DNA from: an uncultured Gammaproteobacteria bacterium
GTDB lineage: Bacteria > Patescibacteriota > Microgenomatia > Levybacterales > UBA12049
Length of the DNA stretch: 64,000 nt
Direction of reading: 5' to 3'
Assembly (NCBI GenBank): GCA_964521295.1
Contig: CAZFRF010000001.1
Span: 398,146-462,145 of the forward strand
Part shown: positions 41,896-50,524 of the stretch, piece after piece
Layout: every line of letters starts with the position of its first letter
Numbering within the stretch: position 1 is the first letter of the stretch
Notes under the pieces: generated by a model
The model's database searches: none
What the model was told of the DNA's origin: nothing
What the model saw: only the letters and a program-made list of their open reading frames with translations
Translations under genes and position numbers: made by a program

Positions 41896-43050
41896 TTAAG
41901 GTGTCCCTCCAGACTTATGTGACCATAAACTAATTCCATTTGGCATTCTACCTACTTTTATTTTTGTAATTTCTTTATCGGTTGCAGTACTAATAACTGA
42001 AACATCATCGCTCAAAAGATTAGAAACATATACTCTTTTTCCATCAGGAGAAACAACTACGCCATGGGGTGCAACTCCAGCTTTAATAGTCGAAGCGATT
42101 TGTCTTGCCTGTACATCAATCTTATATACAAAATCGCTTGTTGGCTTCTCAAAATAAAATCCTTGATCGGCTACATATAAATACTGGCCATCTGGCGTAG
42201 CGTATAATTGTATTGCGCCTTCAGCTCCAAATGGCAAATCTACATAGAAGACCTCCTCTGTAAGAGAATCGTAAAAAGCTATCTGTTTTGTGTCGTAAAC
42301 AGAGGCTGCAACATAGTTAGTATTAGGAATAACTGCTGTCTGTACTGCACTACCAGAAAGTGAAATTGTTTTTACTTCATTTGTTCTAGTGTTAACTAAT
42401 CCAATTCCTTTACCACCTATAAGAGCGACATATGCTCTCATATCGTCTCCTGAAAGCCTAAGACCATGCGGTTGTGTATCTTTAGCGAAAGCTATCGTTC
42501 TCTCTATATTATATGTCTCTCCATTGATTTTATAGACCAATCCTGATTCCTGGGCAGTTGCAAATATACTTTTCCCATCACGAGTTATTACTACATGAGC
42601 TAAATGTTGATCTATTCCTATGTCAATACGCTTGACTATCACATCTCTTTGAGGATCAATAATAATTATCTGATCTGGAAATGCCTTTTCTACTTCTTTC
42701 TCAGAATTATTGCTTTCCTCTCCATGCTCTTCAAGTCCCATGAAGTTTGCTGTTACCCATATACTCTTACCATCTGGGGCTACCTGAACATTGTGTGCAA
42801 TGTATTTCTTCTTCATATCTCCTCCTGAGTCAGTAATATCAATATTGCCAAGTAGCGAATTATCACTCGTATCAATTACAGCGACTGCTCCACCCTCTTC
42901 TAAAGCAACATATAGTTTTTCAGCAGCTTGATTTTGTTTTACGGACGAGCTGCTTGGGGATGCAATTTGATCCGAAATAAAAGCAAATCCTAGAACAATC
43001 ACAACAAAGATAAAGGAAATAATTACATATGTGTATTTTGATAATTGCAT
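41896..43050 (-). CDS. YVTN-family beta-propeller repeat protein
   Basis: Signal anchor and repeated about 40-aa units (YVALIGGKGIGLVN, YVSNLLSDDVSVIS) typical of YVTN/lactonase propellers. Confidence 0.5.
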   Translation of the reverse strand: MQLSKYTYVIISFIFVVIVLGFAFISDQIASPSSSSVKQNQAAEKLYVALEEGGAVAVIDTSDNSLLGNIDITDSGGDMKKKYIAHNVQVAPDGKSIWVTANFMGLEEHGEESNNSEKEVEKAFPDQIIIIDPQRDVIVKRIDIGIDQHLAHVVITRDGKSIFATAQESGLVYKINGETYNIERTIAFAKDTQPHGLRLSGDDMRAYVALIGGKGIGLVNTRTNEVKTISLSGSAVQTAVIPNTNYVAASVYDTKQIAFYDSLTEEVFYVDLPFGAEGAIQLYATPDGQYLYVADQGFYFEKPTSDFVYKIDVQARQIASTIKAGVAPHGVVVSPDGKRVYVSNLLSDDVSVISTATDKEITKIKVGRMPNGISLWSHKSGGTP

Positions 43051-43125
43051 ATAATTTATTTTTAAGTTTTAACTAGTTATCTCCTTGGAAGAAGTGCATT
43101 TCTTATTGCACCTCTCCTAAAAAGA

Positions 43126-43773
43126 TTACTGAGAATAACCCCAATCAGCATACCATTGCCTCATCTGGTCAATTTCATCTGTCTGAGCAGTTATTATGTC
43201 GTCTGCTAACTTCTTCATTTCAGGTCTTTGTGTCCCTCCTTTAAGCATACTTGCCATCATCACAGCCATTTGGTGATGTGGAATCATATCTTCTATGAAC
43301 GCTTTATCAAAGTCCTCTGTATTTTCAAGTCTTGTCATGTCAGTATCGTTACCCATCATTCCCATGTGCATACTGTTTCCCATTCTCATTCCGTGTTGAT
43401 TCATGACATTATTTCCTTCAGGAACATCTTTGCCAAACCAAGCTATGTACCAATCTTTCATTTGGTTAATTTCTGCTCCTTGAGAACTAATGATATTTTC
43501 TGCTAACTGTTTTATTTCAGGCCTCTGTGCTTTTTCCTGAGCAAGTTCTGCCATCGTTATTGCATCTTCGTGATGTGGAATCATTTGTTCTATAAAATGT
43601 GCGTCGATTGTATTAGAATCCTGCACTGTGCTTAGCTGATTTCCATTTTTATAACCCATCATTCCCATCACATTCGCATTATTTGAATTAACAATTATCA
43701 TAGTAGTAATCCATACAATTAACCCTCCAACAATTAACCCTCCAATTCCATACATTAGTTTATCGTTTTTCAT
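43126..43773 (-). CDS. DUF305 domain protein, internally duplicated (copper-associated family)
   Basis: Two repeats, FIEQMIPHHEDAITMA...INQMKDWY and FIEDMIPHHQMAVMMA...IDQMRQWY, plus a Met/His-rich linker. Confidence 0.6.
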   Translation of the reverse strand: MKNDKLMYGIGGLIVGGLIVWITTMIIVNSNNANVMGMMGYKNGNQLSTVQDSNTIDAHFIEQMIPHHEDAITMAELAQEKAQRPEIKQLAENIISSQGAEINQMKDWYIAWFGKDVPEGNNVMNQHGMRMGNSMHMGMMGNDTDMTRLENTEDFDKAFIEDMIPHHQMAVMMASMLKGGTQRPEMKKLADDIITAQTDEIDQMRQWYADWGYSQ

Positions 43774-43827
43774 ATTCTCACCCCCTTATCTTATTAAGAT
43801 TAAATACCCATATTCATATTTATGCAC

Positions 43828-44637
43828 CTATGATTCAACAACGCTTACGACACCTCCAAAGCCGGGATTTATATGATCATGAAATTCCCATTTACCCTTT
43901 TTGTCAAATACATATCTATAAATTGCACTTTTTTTGTAAGCTCTAAATTGATCAAATGTTGGTAATATGGTGTGTTGTGGATGAGACATAGACGCAACCC
44001 ACATATCTGTACTACTCTCATTTATAAATTCAACCGTACTACCAACTGGAACATCTACTTTATCCGGCACAAATCCTTTATCCGTATAACGAATTTTCGC
44101 CATAGTTTTTGCGCCTTTCATTGCATGAGTCATTCCAGCAGATTCTCCTTCAGTAATACTTGTTGGTAATGATTTACCTGATTTTACGTATCGGGCCGTC
44201 ATAAAACCGTTTTCATCAATTGCTGGCATGTCAAGATCGTTAAATGTACTGTCATTTGCATAATCCTCATAAATCATGACAATCAGCTCTTGATTTGCAA
44301 CTTTAGCATTTCCTAGTGGAATCTCTACATTTTTATGCATGCCTTTTTGTAATGGTCGACTCATTTCAATAACTTGACTCAACTTACCATCATTCATTTG
44401 TCGAACTACAAGAAAACCGTTCTTTTGTAATATTGCACTTGCAACATTTACCTTATCTTTAGGTTTTTGGGGAACAACCACAAGATTTTTTGTATTTTGA
44501 CTATTAACCTTTTCTCCTCTATCTTGAGACCGAAGTGTTTTTGTCGATGGCTTACTTTTATTCAGAAAAATAAAAACTACTGAAACCGTTACTGCTAGAA
44601 ACCCACAAAAAACGATAAAAAATTGTAGTGCTTTCAT
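43828..44637 (-). CDS. secreted hypothetical protein with His/Met-containing C-terminal beta domain (possible cupredoxin-like metal binder)
   Basis: Signal anchor. The C-terminus reads GSTVEFINESSTDMWVASMSHPQH...EFHDHINPGFGG. Confidence 0.3.
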   Translation of the reverse strand: MKALQFFIVFCGFLAVTVSVVFIFLNKSKPSTKTLRSQDRGEKVNSQNTKNLVVVPQKPKDKVNVASAILQKNGFLVVRQMNDGKLSQVIEMSRPLQKGMHKNVEIPLGNAKVANQELIVMIYEDYANDSTFNDLDMPAIDENGFMTARYVKSGKSLPTSITEGESAGMTHAMKGAKTMAKIRYTDKGFVPDKVDVPVGSTVEFINESSTDMWVASMSHPQHTILPTFDQFRAYKKSAIYRYVFDKKGKWEFHDHINPGFGGVVSVVES

Positions 44638-44909
44638 TATTGTCTTTTTTTAAAAACCTCCATTATTTCATTAATTGATTTATCAGCTTCTCCTTTTTTA
44701 ATCGCATCCGAAACGCAAGACTTAAGGTGATTTTCAAGAAGTAGGTTGCCCGTTTCTTTAAGTCCTGATTCAACTGCCTGAATTTGATGAATAACATCAA
44801 TGCAATAAGCATCTTCATCCATCATCTTAATGACTTTATCGAGGTGTCCTCGTGCAATCTTGAGACGGTGAGTAATTCTTTCGTGTGTGTCTTTTGGTCT
44901 GTATGCCAT
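44637..44909 (-). CDS. csoR: CsoR/RcnR family metal-sensing transcriptional repressor
   Basis: 90 aa all-helical. It carries the conserved C-H-C ligand set (YCIDVIHQ ... HLKSC). Confidence 0.8.
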   Translation of the reverse strand: MAYRPKDTHERITHRLKIARGHLDKVIKMMDEDAYCIDVIHQIQAVESGLKETGNLLLENHLKSCVSDAIKKGEADKSINEIMEVFKKRQ

Positions 44910-44932
44910 ATATCCCCCTATGAGGGATATAT
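44908..44932. promoter_or_regulatory. candidate CsoR operator: ATATATCCC-N7-GGGATATAT perfect 9-bp inverted repeat
   Basis: It resembles known CsoR operators (AT-rich arms with internal C/G tracts). It overlaps the csoR start codon and the -10 region. Confidence 0.55.
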
Positions 44933-44957
44933 TAAAGATTTACGAAATGAAAGTCAA
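44929..44957 (-). promoter_or_regulatory. sigma70-like promoter for the csoR/copper operon
   Basis: Read on the minus strand: -35 TTGACT (44952-57), 17-nt spacer, -10 TAATAT (44929-34). Confidence 0.45.
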
Positions 44958-44995
44958 GAGTTCTTAACAATAAATATTTTTATATCTTTTAACTA

Positions 44996-45025
44996 TTGAC
45001 ATATAAATCAACCTCTGATATAAAT
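44996..45025 (+). promoter_or_regulatory. sigma70-like promoter for the T4SS operon
   Basis: TTGACA (44996-45001), 17-nt spacer, TATAAAT (45019-25). Divergent from the csoR promoter. Confidence 0.5.
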
Positions 45026-45053
45026 TGATCCAATTAAATATTGTTTGTTCTAG

Positions 45054-45080
45054 AAACTGCTTGGGGGCAGTTTTTTGGTT
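45054..45080 (+). promoter_or_regulatory. leader stem-loop (AAACTGC-TTGGGG-GCAGTTT) followed by a T-run, between the promoter and the pilin RBS; terminator-like attenuator candidate
   Basis: 7-bp stem and 6-nt loop, then TTTTTTGGTTTT. It sits immediately upstream of the SD AGGAGG at 45086-91. Confidence 0.35.
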
Positions 45081-45098
45081 TTGAAAGGAGGTGAGAAT

Positions 45099-45443
45099 AT
45101 GAAAAAGTTAATCATAATTCAATCTGTTTTTATTACTTCATTAATAGTCGCTACTCCTGCGCTCGCTCAAACCACTGGAGGAGACGTTACAAGAATTCAA
45201 AATTTCATTCAAAGCATAATTGGTATTTTTGTAACTCTTTCTGGACTTATCGCAACTGGATTTTTTGTATATGGAGGAGTTCGCTATATAACAAGCTCAG
45301 GAAATCCTGAAGCACTAGATTCAGCAAAAAAAACTATTTTATATTCATCAATTGGTCTTGCTATAGTTCTAGGAGCGTTCGTTTTAAGTAATATAGTCAC
45401 ACAGGTTGCAACAACAGCTTTTGGTTCAAGTTCTGGTCTATAG
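45099..45443 (+). CDS. VirB2/TrbC-like conjugative pilin
   Basis: The signal peptide ends in PALAQ. Two hydrophobic helices separated by a short polar loop. SD AGGAGG lies 7 nt upstream of ATG 45099. The ORF-track start at 45075 is a TTG upstream of the SD and is unlikely. Confidence 0.6.
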   Translation: MKKLIIIQSVFITSLIVATPALAQTTGGDVTRIQNFIQSIIGIFVTLSGLIATGFFVYGGVRYITSSGNPEALDSAKKTILYSSIGLAIVLGAFVLSNIVTQVATTAFGSSSGL

Positions 45444-45460
45444 AAATTAGAAAGGAACTT

Positions 45461-46741
45461 ATGAAATTATTAAAAATTGCTGGCTTTTTAGCTACAATAT
45501 TTTTTATATCTGCCAATCCTGCATTCGCTGCAGGAGGAAACCTTGCGACTTTTACTTCTCAAACTCTGAATACATTAATAATCTTTGCCACTCTTGGAGC
45601 AACTTTCTTCTTAATAAAAGGTGGATATTCATACATCACTTCTGCTGGTAAGCCAGAAGCTTTAGAACACGCCAAGCTAACTATAAGAAATGCTGTAATA
45701 GGCTTAGTCTTAGTTTTAGGTGCATCTCTAATTACTTCTCTTTTAACCAATGCATTTAATACACCAACTGGTAATTTTACTTCGACTCAAATAGCGCTCT
45801 CCCCAATTGTGCCTGCTACTCCTTCAAACGGATTAACGCAGGTACTTTTAGACGCTATTGCAGGATTTTTACAAAACATAGTACAAAGCGCAACTAAGCC
45901 TCTTGTTGATGGAATAATTAGCTTTTTAACTACTACCCCCTCTTTAACTTCAAATTCAGTAATATTTAATTTTTGGCTTGTAATAGTAGGCATCACTGAT
46001 GCACTTTTTGCAATAGTTATTGCTCTTCTTGGACTTCATATTATGAGCGCTTCCACTTTTGGATTTGATGAGATTGAATTTAAACATCTTCTCCCTCGTA
46101 TTGGACTTGCATTTTTACTTGCTAATACTTCAATCTTTTTAGCAAATTGGGTTATTCAAGCTGCGAACGCATTAGTAAACGCACTAATAAATTCATTTGG
46201 AGGGATTGAAAGCGCTTGGATTTTAAACGCATTTAATCCGGCATCACTAATAGCTGGAACAACTTCTATAATTACTCTTATTTTTATGATTATTTTTGTA
46301 ATTCTTGCAGTAGTGCTTATTCTCTTCTACATATCTCGTCTTATTTTAATTTCGCTTGGAGCTGTTCTCTCTCCACTCATTTTTCTTCTTTGGATAATAC
46401 CAAGATTCTCTGATTTTGCTGAAATTACAATTAAAACATATATAATCACTGTCTTTTCTACTTTTGTTCACGTTGTAATAATTCTTTTAGCCTCTGCTTT
46501 TCTTACCATTCCAGGGCAAAGGGGAACGAATTCTCTGATTTCAATTCTCGTTGGGATTGGCTTACTTTTTACTCTTCTTAAAACTCCTGGAATTATGATG
46601 CAGATGGTTTTCTATAACTCAGGACGAGGTATGGTAAAAAAAGTTGGAAGTCAGATTATTAATGTGATTTCAACTCAAAAAGCATCCGAAGCAGTTACCG
46701 GAGAAATTGTAAAAACCCCAAGAAAGGTTATTGCAGCATGA
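45461..46741 (+). CDS. VirB6/TrbL-like polytopic T4SS membrane protein with an N-terminal pilin-like domain
   Basis: The N-terminal 100 aa are homologous to the preceding pilin (YSYITSAGKPEALEHAK vs VRYITSSGNPEALDSAK), followed by 6 or more TM helices. Confidence 0.5.
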   Translation: MKLLKIAGFLATIFFISANPAFAAGGNLATFTSQTLNTLIIFATLGATFFLIKGGYSYITSAGKPEALEHAKLTIRNAVIGLVLVLGASLITSLLTNAFNTPTGNFTSTQIALSPIVPATPSNGLTQVLLDAIAGFLQNIVQSATKPLVDGIISFLTTTPSLTSNSVIFNFWLVIVGITDALFAIVIALLGLHIMSASTFGFDEIEFKHLLPRIGLAFLLANTSIFLANWVIQAANALVNALINSFGGIESAWILNAFNPASLIAGTTSIITLIFMIIFVILAVVLILFYISRLILISLGAVLSPLIFLLWIIPRFSDFAEITIKTYIITVFSTFVHVVIILLASAFLTIPGQRGTNSLISILVGIGLLFTLLKTPGIMMQMVFYNSGRGMVKKVGSQIINVISTQKASEAVTGEIVKTPRKVIAA

Positions 46742-47250
46742 GAACTCGAATAATTCCAGCTCAAATTACTACAGTCGAGGACAAAATTGCTGGAAATCTT
46801 AGTTTAACTCAGCTTTTGCTTTTAGTTTTTCCTGCTTTTATTTCGGCTTTAGCATATATCGTTCTCCCTCCAATACTTTCCTTTTCAATTTATAAGCTAC
46901 CTATAATTTTTATCTCAATTTTCATTTGCTGTACTCTCGCTATACGAATCAAAGACAAATTAATCCTTAATTGGATTACTATATTTATTTCTTACAATGT
47001 CAGGCCAAAGTTTTATGTATTTAATAAAAATGATGCTTATCTAAGAGATATAGATTTACCATTAAATAAAAAATCACGACCAATTTTTAGAAAAAAAGTT
47101 ACGCGAAGTGCAAAAAAAGTAATCCCAACCATAAGTCCTAATGAACTTGTAAGACTTGATGATTTAATAAGTAATCCGAGATATAGATTTAGCATTAAAA
47201 ATAGCGGAAAAGGAGGTATGCATGTTGCTTTTGAACAAGAACAAAAATAA
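46738..47250 (+). CDS. VirB3-like (PrgI/TcpE-type) small membrane protein
   Basis: Two adjacent TM helices near the N-terminus. Position immediately upstream of VirB4. Confidence 0.4.
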   Translation: MRTRIIPAQITTVEDKIAGNLSLTQLLLLVFPAFISALAYIVLPPILSFSIYKLPIIFISIFICCTLAIRIKDKLILNWITIFISYNVRPKFYVFNKNDAYLRDIDLPLNKKSRPIFRKKVTRSAKKVIPTISPNELVRLDDLISNPRYRFSIKNSGKGGMHVAFEQEQK

Positions 47251-47833
47251 AACATCGTCAAGACAGCAAATTCAAATAAAAGAAGTGCGAGATGGAATTT
47301 TGATACTACCAAAGAGTGAATTTCGAGTAATTATCGAAACTTCTTCAATAAATTTTGAATTAAAAAGCGAAGAAGAACAAGATATATTAATTGATAGTTT
47401 TCAAAACTTTCTTAATTCCCTTCCGGGAAAGCTTCAGGTACTTGTTAGAGTAAGAGAAATTGATATTGAGAGTTATCTTGAACAAATAGGAAAAAGTAAG
47501 GAGATTGAAAAAGAAAAAATATATAAGATGCAAATTGACAATTACAGTTCTTTTATTAAAAACCTAGTAACGGGTAATAAGATATTATCCAGACGCTTTT
47601 ATATTGTTATTTCATATGAACACACTGATAAAAACAAGGAATATTCAATAATAAAAGAGCATATGTATCTGCAAAGAGATCTTGTTGGAAGAGGTCTTGA
47701 AAAACTTGGAATGAAAGCAAGAGTCTTAGACAGCCTTGAAGTATTAGATTTATTCTATAGCTTTTATAACCCAAATCAAATCAAAACACAGCAGCTAAAA
47801 GAGCAAACTATAGAAATGTTACTTAAGAATTAA
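47222..47833 (+). CDS. VirB4 N-terminal domain fragment (split or frameshifted virB4, part 1)
   Basis: KEVRDGILILPKSEFRVIIETSSINFELKSEEEQDILIDSFQNFLN resembles the VirB4/TraE N-terminal region. Its stop is 1 nt before the next ATG, in a different frame. Confidence 0.45.
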   Translation: MLLLNKNKNKTSSRQQIQIKEVRDGILILPKSEFRVIIETSSINFELKSEEEQDILIDSFQNFLNSLPGKLQVLVRVREIDIESYLEQIGKSKEIEKEKIYKMQIDNYSSFIKNLVTGNKILSRRFYIVISYEHTDKNKEYSIIKEHMYLQRDLVGRGLEKLGMKARVLDSLEVLDLFYSFYNPNQIKTQQLKEQTIEMLLKN

Positions 47834-47834
47834 T

Positions 47835-49655
47835 ATGCAAAACCTTAATAAACAATTTAATAAACTACCATCCAAGTATTCAATACCATATTTTGGAAAG
47901 AAAGGTAGAAAAGCGAAAAAAGCGCAACTGCTTAGAAAGTCTTTTGAGTATAACTTTGGTGAACAGGATCAAGTTGATTTAATCTCATACTCTGGTCTTG
48001 AAGAAAATGGTACCTATCTTAAAATAGGAGATAAATATGTTCGAACATTATTTATATCCGCCTTTCCCTATATAGCCTCTACTGGATGGCTAAATATGCT
48101 TATTAATTTTAATCATGATATTGATATCTCCTATCATATTGAACAAGTTGACCCGCTTGTTGCTTTACCTAAACTAAATAGAAAAATAACAGAGCTTGAA
48201 TCTACAAAAAGAGCCATGCAAAAAAATGGCAAAATAATTGGTTCTGAAATAACAGATCCATTAGAATCGGCAATTCTTTTGAAAGATAAAATTCAAAGAG
48301 GTCAAGAAAAACTTTTTCAAATATCAATCTACATGGGTTTAAGCGCCGACAGTCTAGAGCAACTAAACAAATTAACAACCATTCTCGAAACAGCAATGTC
48401 CACTCATCTTTTTTATATAAAGACAGCAGCTTTTCAACAACTTGAAGGCTTGCAATCTGTTCTTCCCCGTTCTGAAAACAAGCTTAATCAAAAAAGAAAT
48501 TTGGATTCCTCATCAGCTGCTCTAACCTTCCCTTTTGTTTCATCAGAACTCGTTCAAGAAACAGGAATATTATATGGAATTAACAAATCAAATAATTCAT
48601 TAGTTATCGTTGACAGATTTTTACTTAATAATGCAAATAGCATTATTTTTGCTCAATCTGGAAGCGGTAAAAGCTATGCTGCAAAAGTTGAAATACTTCG
48701 TCAACTTATGCAAGGAACACGCGCAATTATTATCGATCCTGAACGCGAATATAAACAGCTTGCAGAATCAGTTAATGGAACTTATATAAAACTTTCTGCA
48801 AAATCCCATGAAAAAATCAACCCATTTGATTTTTCTCTTACTTCAAACAATGATGGCGGTGATCTCGTTGAGCATATTCAAGATCTAACAGAAATTATTT
48901 CCCTTCTTGTTGGCTCTCTTACTACAGAAGAAAAAGCAATTGTAGACAAGGCAATAATTCAAACATACAAAGAGCATGGTTTTTCACTTAATGCCAAGAA
49001 TATTTCAAAAAAAGACAAAGAATTTCCACTTTTAAAAGATTTCTATAAGGTGTTAAAAGACATGAAGCAAAAAGATCTTAGCAATAGACTGGAACGCTTT
49101 GTAAAAGGCTCTTTGTCATCTGTTTTTGACCAACAGACCAATATTGAGATTAATAATAGACTAGTGGTTTTTGATATTAAAGATTTGAATGAATCACTTC
49201 GACAAATTATGATGATGGTAATTGCAAACTTTGTAAATTCCCAGGTTAAATCAAATCCTCAAAAAAGAATATTAGTAATTGATGAAGGATGGATGCTTCT
49301 TGAACATCCAGAAAGTGCAAGATTTATTTCAGGCCTAGTTAGACGAGCAAGAAAATATTATCTAGGCGTAACAATTATTACGCAGCAAGCAAATGATTTT
49401 CTCACCCAAGAATATGGAAGAGCAATTGCAAGCCAATCCTCCCTTAGAATTCTAATGCGCCAAGATACGACAACAATTAAAAAAGTCGCACAAGAATTTA
49501 AATTAAGTGAATATGAAGAACACTTTCTTTTAACTTGCGATCGTGGAGAGGGATTAATTATAGCCGATCAAAATCATGTAGCCTTAAAAGTTGTTGCATC
49601 AGAAAAAGAACATCCACTGCTTACGACAGATCCTAAGGAGATATATTTAATCTAG
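47835..49655 (+). CDS. VirB4-family conjugal transfer ATPase (part 2, ATPase domain)
   Basis: Walker A IIFAQSGSGKSY. The VirB4-type Walker B is LVIDEGWMLL (the DEAW box). Combined with the upstream fragment the length is about 809 aa. Confidence 0.75.
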   Translation: MQNLNKQFNKLPSKYSIPYFGKKGRKAKKAQLLRKSFEYNFGEQDQVDLISYSGLEENGTYLKIGDKYVRTLFISAFPYIASTGWLNMLINFNHDIDISYHIEQVDPLVALPKLNRKITELESTKRAMQKNGKIIGSEITDPLESAILLKDKIQRGQEKLFQISIYMGLSADSLEQLNKLTTILETAMSTHLFYIKTAAFQQLEGLQSVLPRSENKLNQKRNLDSSSAALTFPFVSSELVQETGILYGINKSNNSLVIVDRFLLNNANSIIFAQSGSGKSYAAKVEILRQLMQGTRAIIIDPEREYKQLAESVNGTYIKLSAKSHEKINPFDFSLTSNNDGGDLVEHIQDLTEIISLLVGSLTTEEKAIVDKAIIQTYKEHGFSLNAKNISKKDKEFPLLKDFYKVLKDMKQKDLSNRLERFVKGSLSSVFDQQTNIEINNRLVVFDIKDLNESLRQIMMMVIANFVNSQVKSNPQKRILVIDEGWMLLEHPESARFISGLVRRARKYYLGVTIITQQANDFLTQEYGRAIASQSSLRILMRQDTTTIKKVAQEFKLSEYEEHFLLTCDRGEGLIIADQNHVALKVVASEKEHPLLTTDPKEIYLI

Positions 49656-50278
49656 TGAGTCCACTTCTAATTTCTACTATCTGGTCTTTTAAAAAAGAAC
49701 TTATAATTGTTTCCTCAGCATTCCTAATAACTCTTTTAATTCCGGTCGTTGCTGTAATTCTTTTGACTAATTCAGGTATTGATATAATTTCCGACAGGCT
49801 TGCAACAAAAAACTTACAAACTCAGACAGTTACGATTCATGATCCAGCAACCGGAAAAATAATTAGCACTATAAATGTTAATACCTCTTGGCCTACAAAT
49901 GGCGTAGTTACATTAGAATTTGGAGAGCCAAATCTACCCTATCAACTTTTCCATTCTGGAATTGATATAGCCAGTCCAAACGGAAAAGTGGGAAATCCAG
50001 TCACAGCTCTCATGCCTGGAAAAGTCATTTATGCAGGAGAGATATCTTGGGGGTTTGGAAAACATATAATAATAGATCACGGAAACAACGTAACCTCAAT
50101 TTATGCCCATCTAGATAAAATTTACGTAGCTAAAGATCAAGAAATTAAAACTACAGATCAAGTAATAGGACTTGAAGGGGAAACCGGATGGGCAACTGGT
50201 CCACATCTCCACTTTCAGGTAAATGTTTTCGGAATACCCGTTAACCCAAGAACTTTTTTATCGGGAAACCCAAATTAA
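49655..50278 (+). CDS. M23 peptidase (T4SS-associated cell-wall hydrolase, VirB1 functional analog)
   Basis: N-terminal TM and HSGIDIA...HLHFQV M23 motifs. Confidence 0.65.
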   Translation: MSPLLISTIWSFKKELIIVSSAFLITLLIPVVAVILLTNSGIDIISDRLATKNLQTQTVTIHDPATGKIISTINVNTSWPTNGVVTLEFGEPNLPYQLFHSGIDIASPNGKVGNPVTALMPGKVIYAGEISWGFGKHIIIDHGNNVTSIYAHLDKIYVAKDQEIKTTDQVIGLEGETGWATGPHLHFQVNVFGIPVNPRTFLSGNPN

Positions 50279-50305
50279 TAAATACCTATGTTATAATATC
50301 GATAT

Positions 50306-50524
50306 ATGAATAATCCTAAATTCAGAAAAGAAGTAGGAGAAAGAATAAAAGCAGCTAGATTAAAAGCTAAACTCACTCAAGCAGAAGTGGCTAAAAAAGC
50401 CGGAATAAATACAAATTATTATTCTGTAATAGAACGTGGAGAAGTAAATACAACTCTTGAAAAATTACAAAAAATAAGTAAAGCTTTGGGGCTAGACGTT
50501 TCAGATATAACTAAGACTAAATAA
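50306..50524 (+). CDS. XRE-family helix-turn-helix transcriptional regulator
   Basis: 72 aa. LTQAEVAKKAGINTNYYSVIERGE HTH. Confidence 0.75.
   Translation: MNNPKFRKEVGERIKAARLKAKLTQAEVAKKAGINTNYYSVIERGEVNTTLEKLQKISKALGLDVSDITKTK

Noticed and set aside
45075-45098. ORF-track start of the pilin at 45075 (TTG) adding MVLKGGEN
   Set aside because: That extension is itself the Shine-Dalgarno region (AAAGGAGGTGA). The ATG at 45099 has proper SD spacing.
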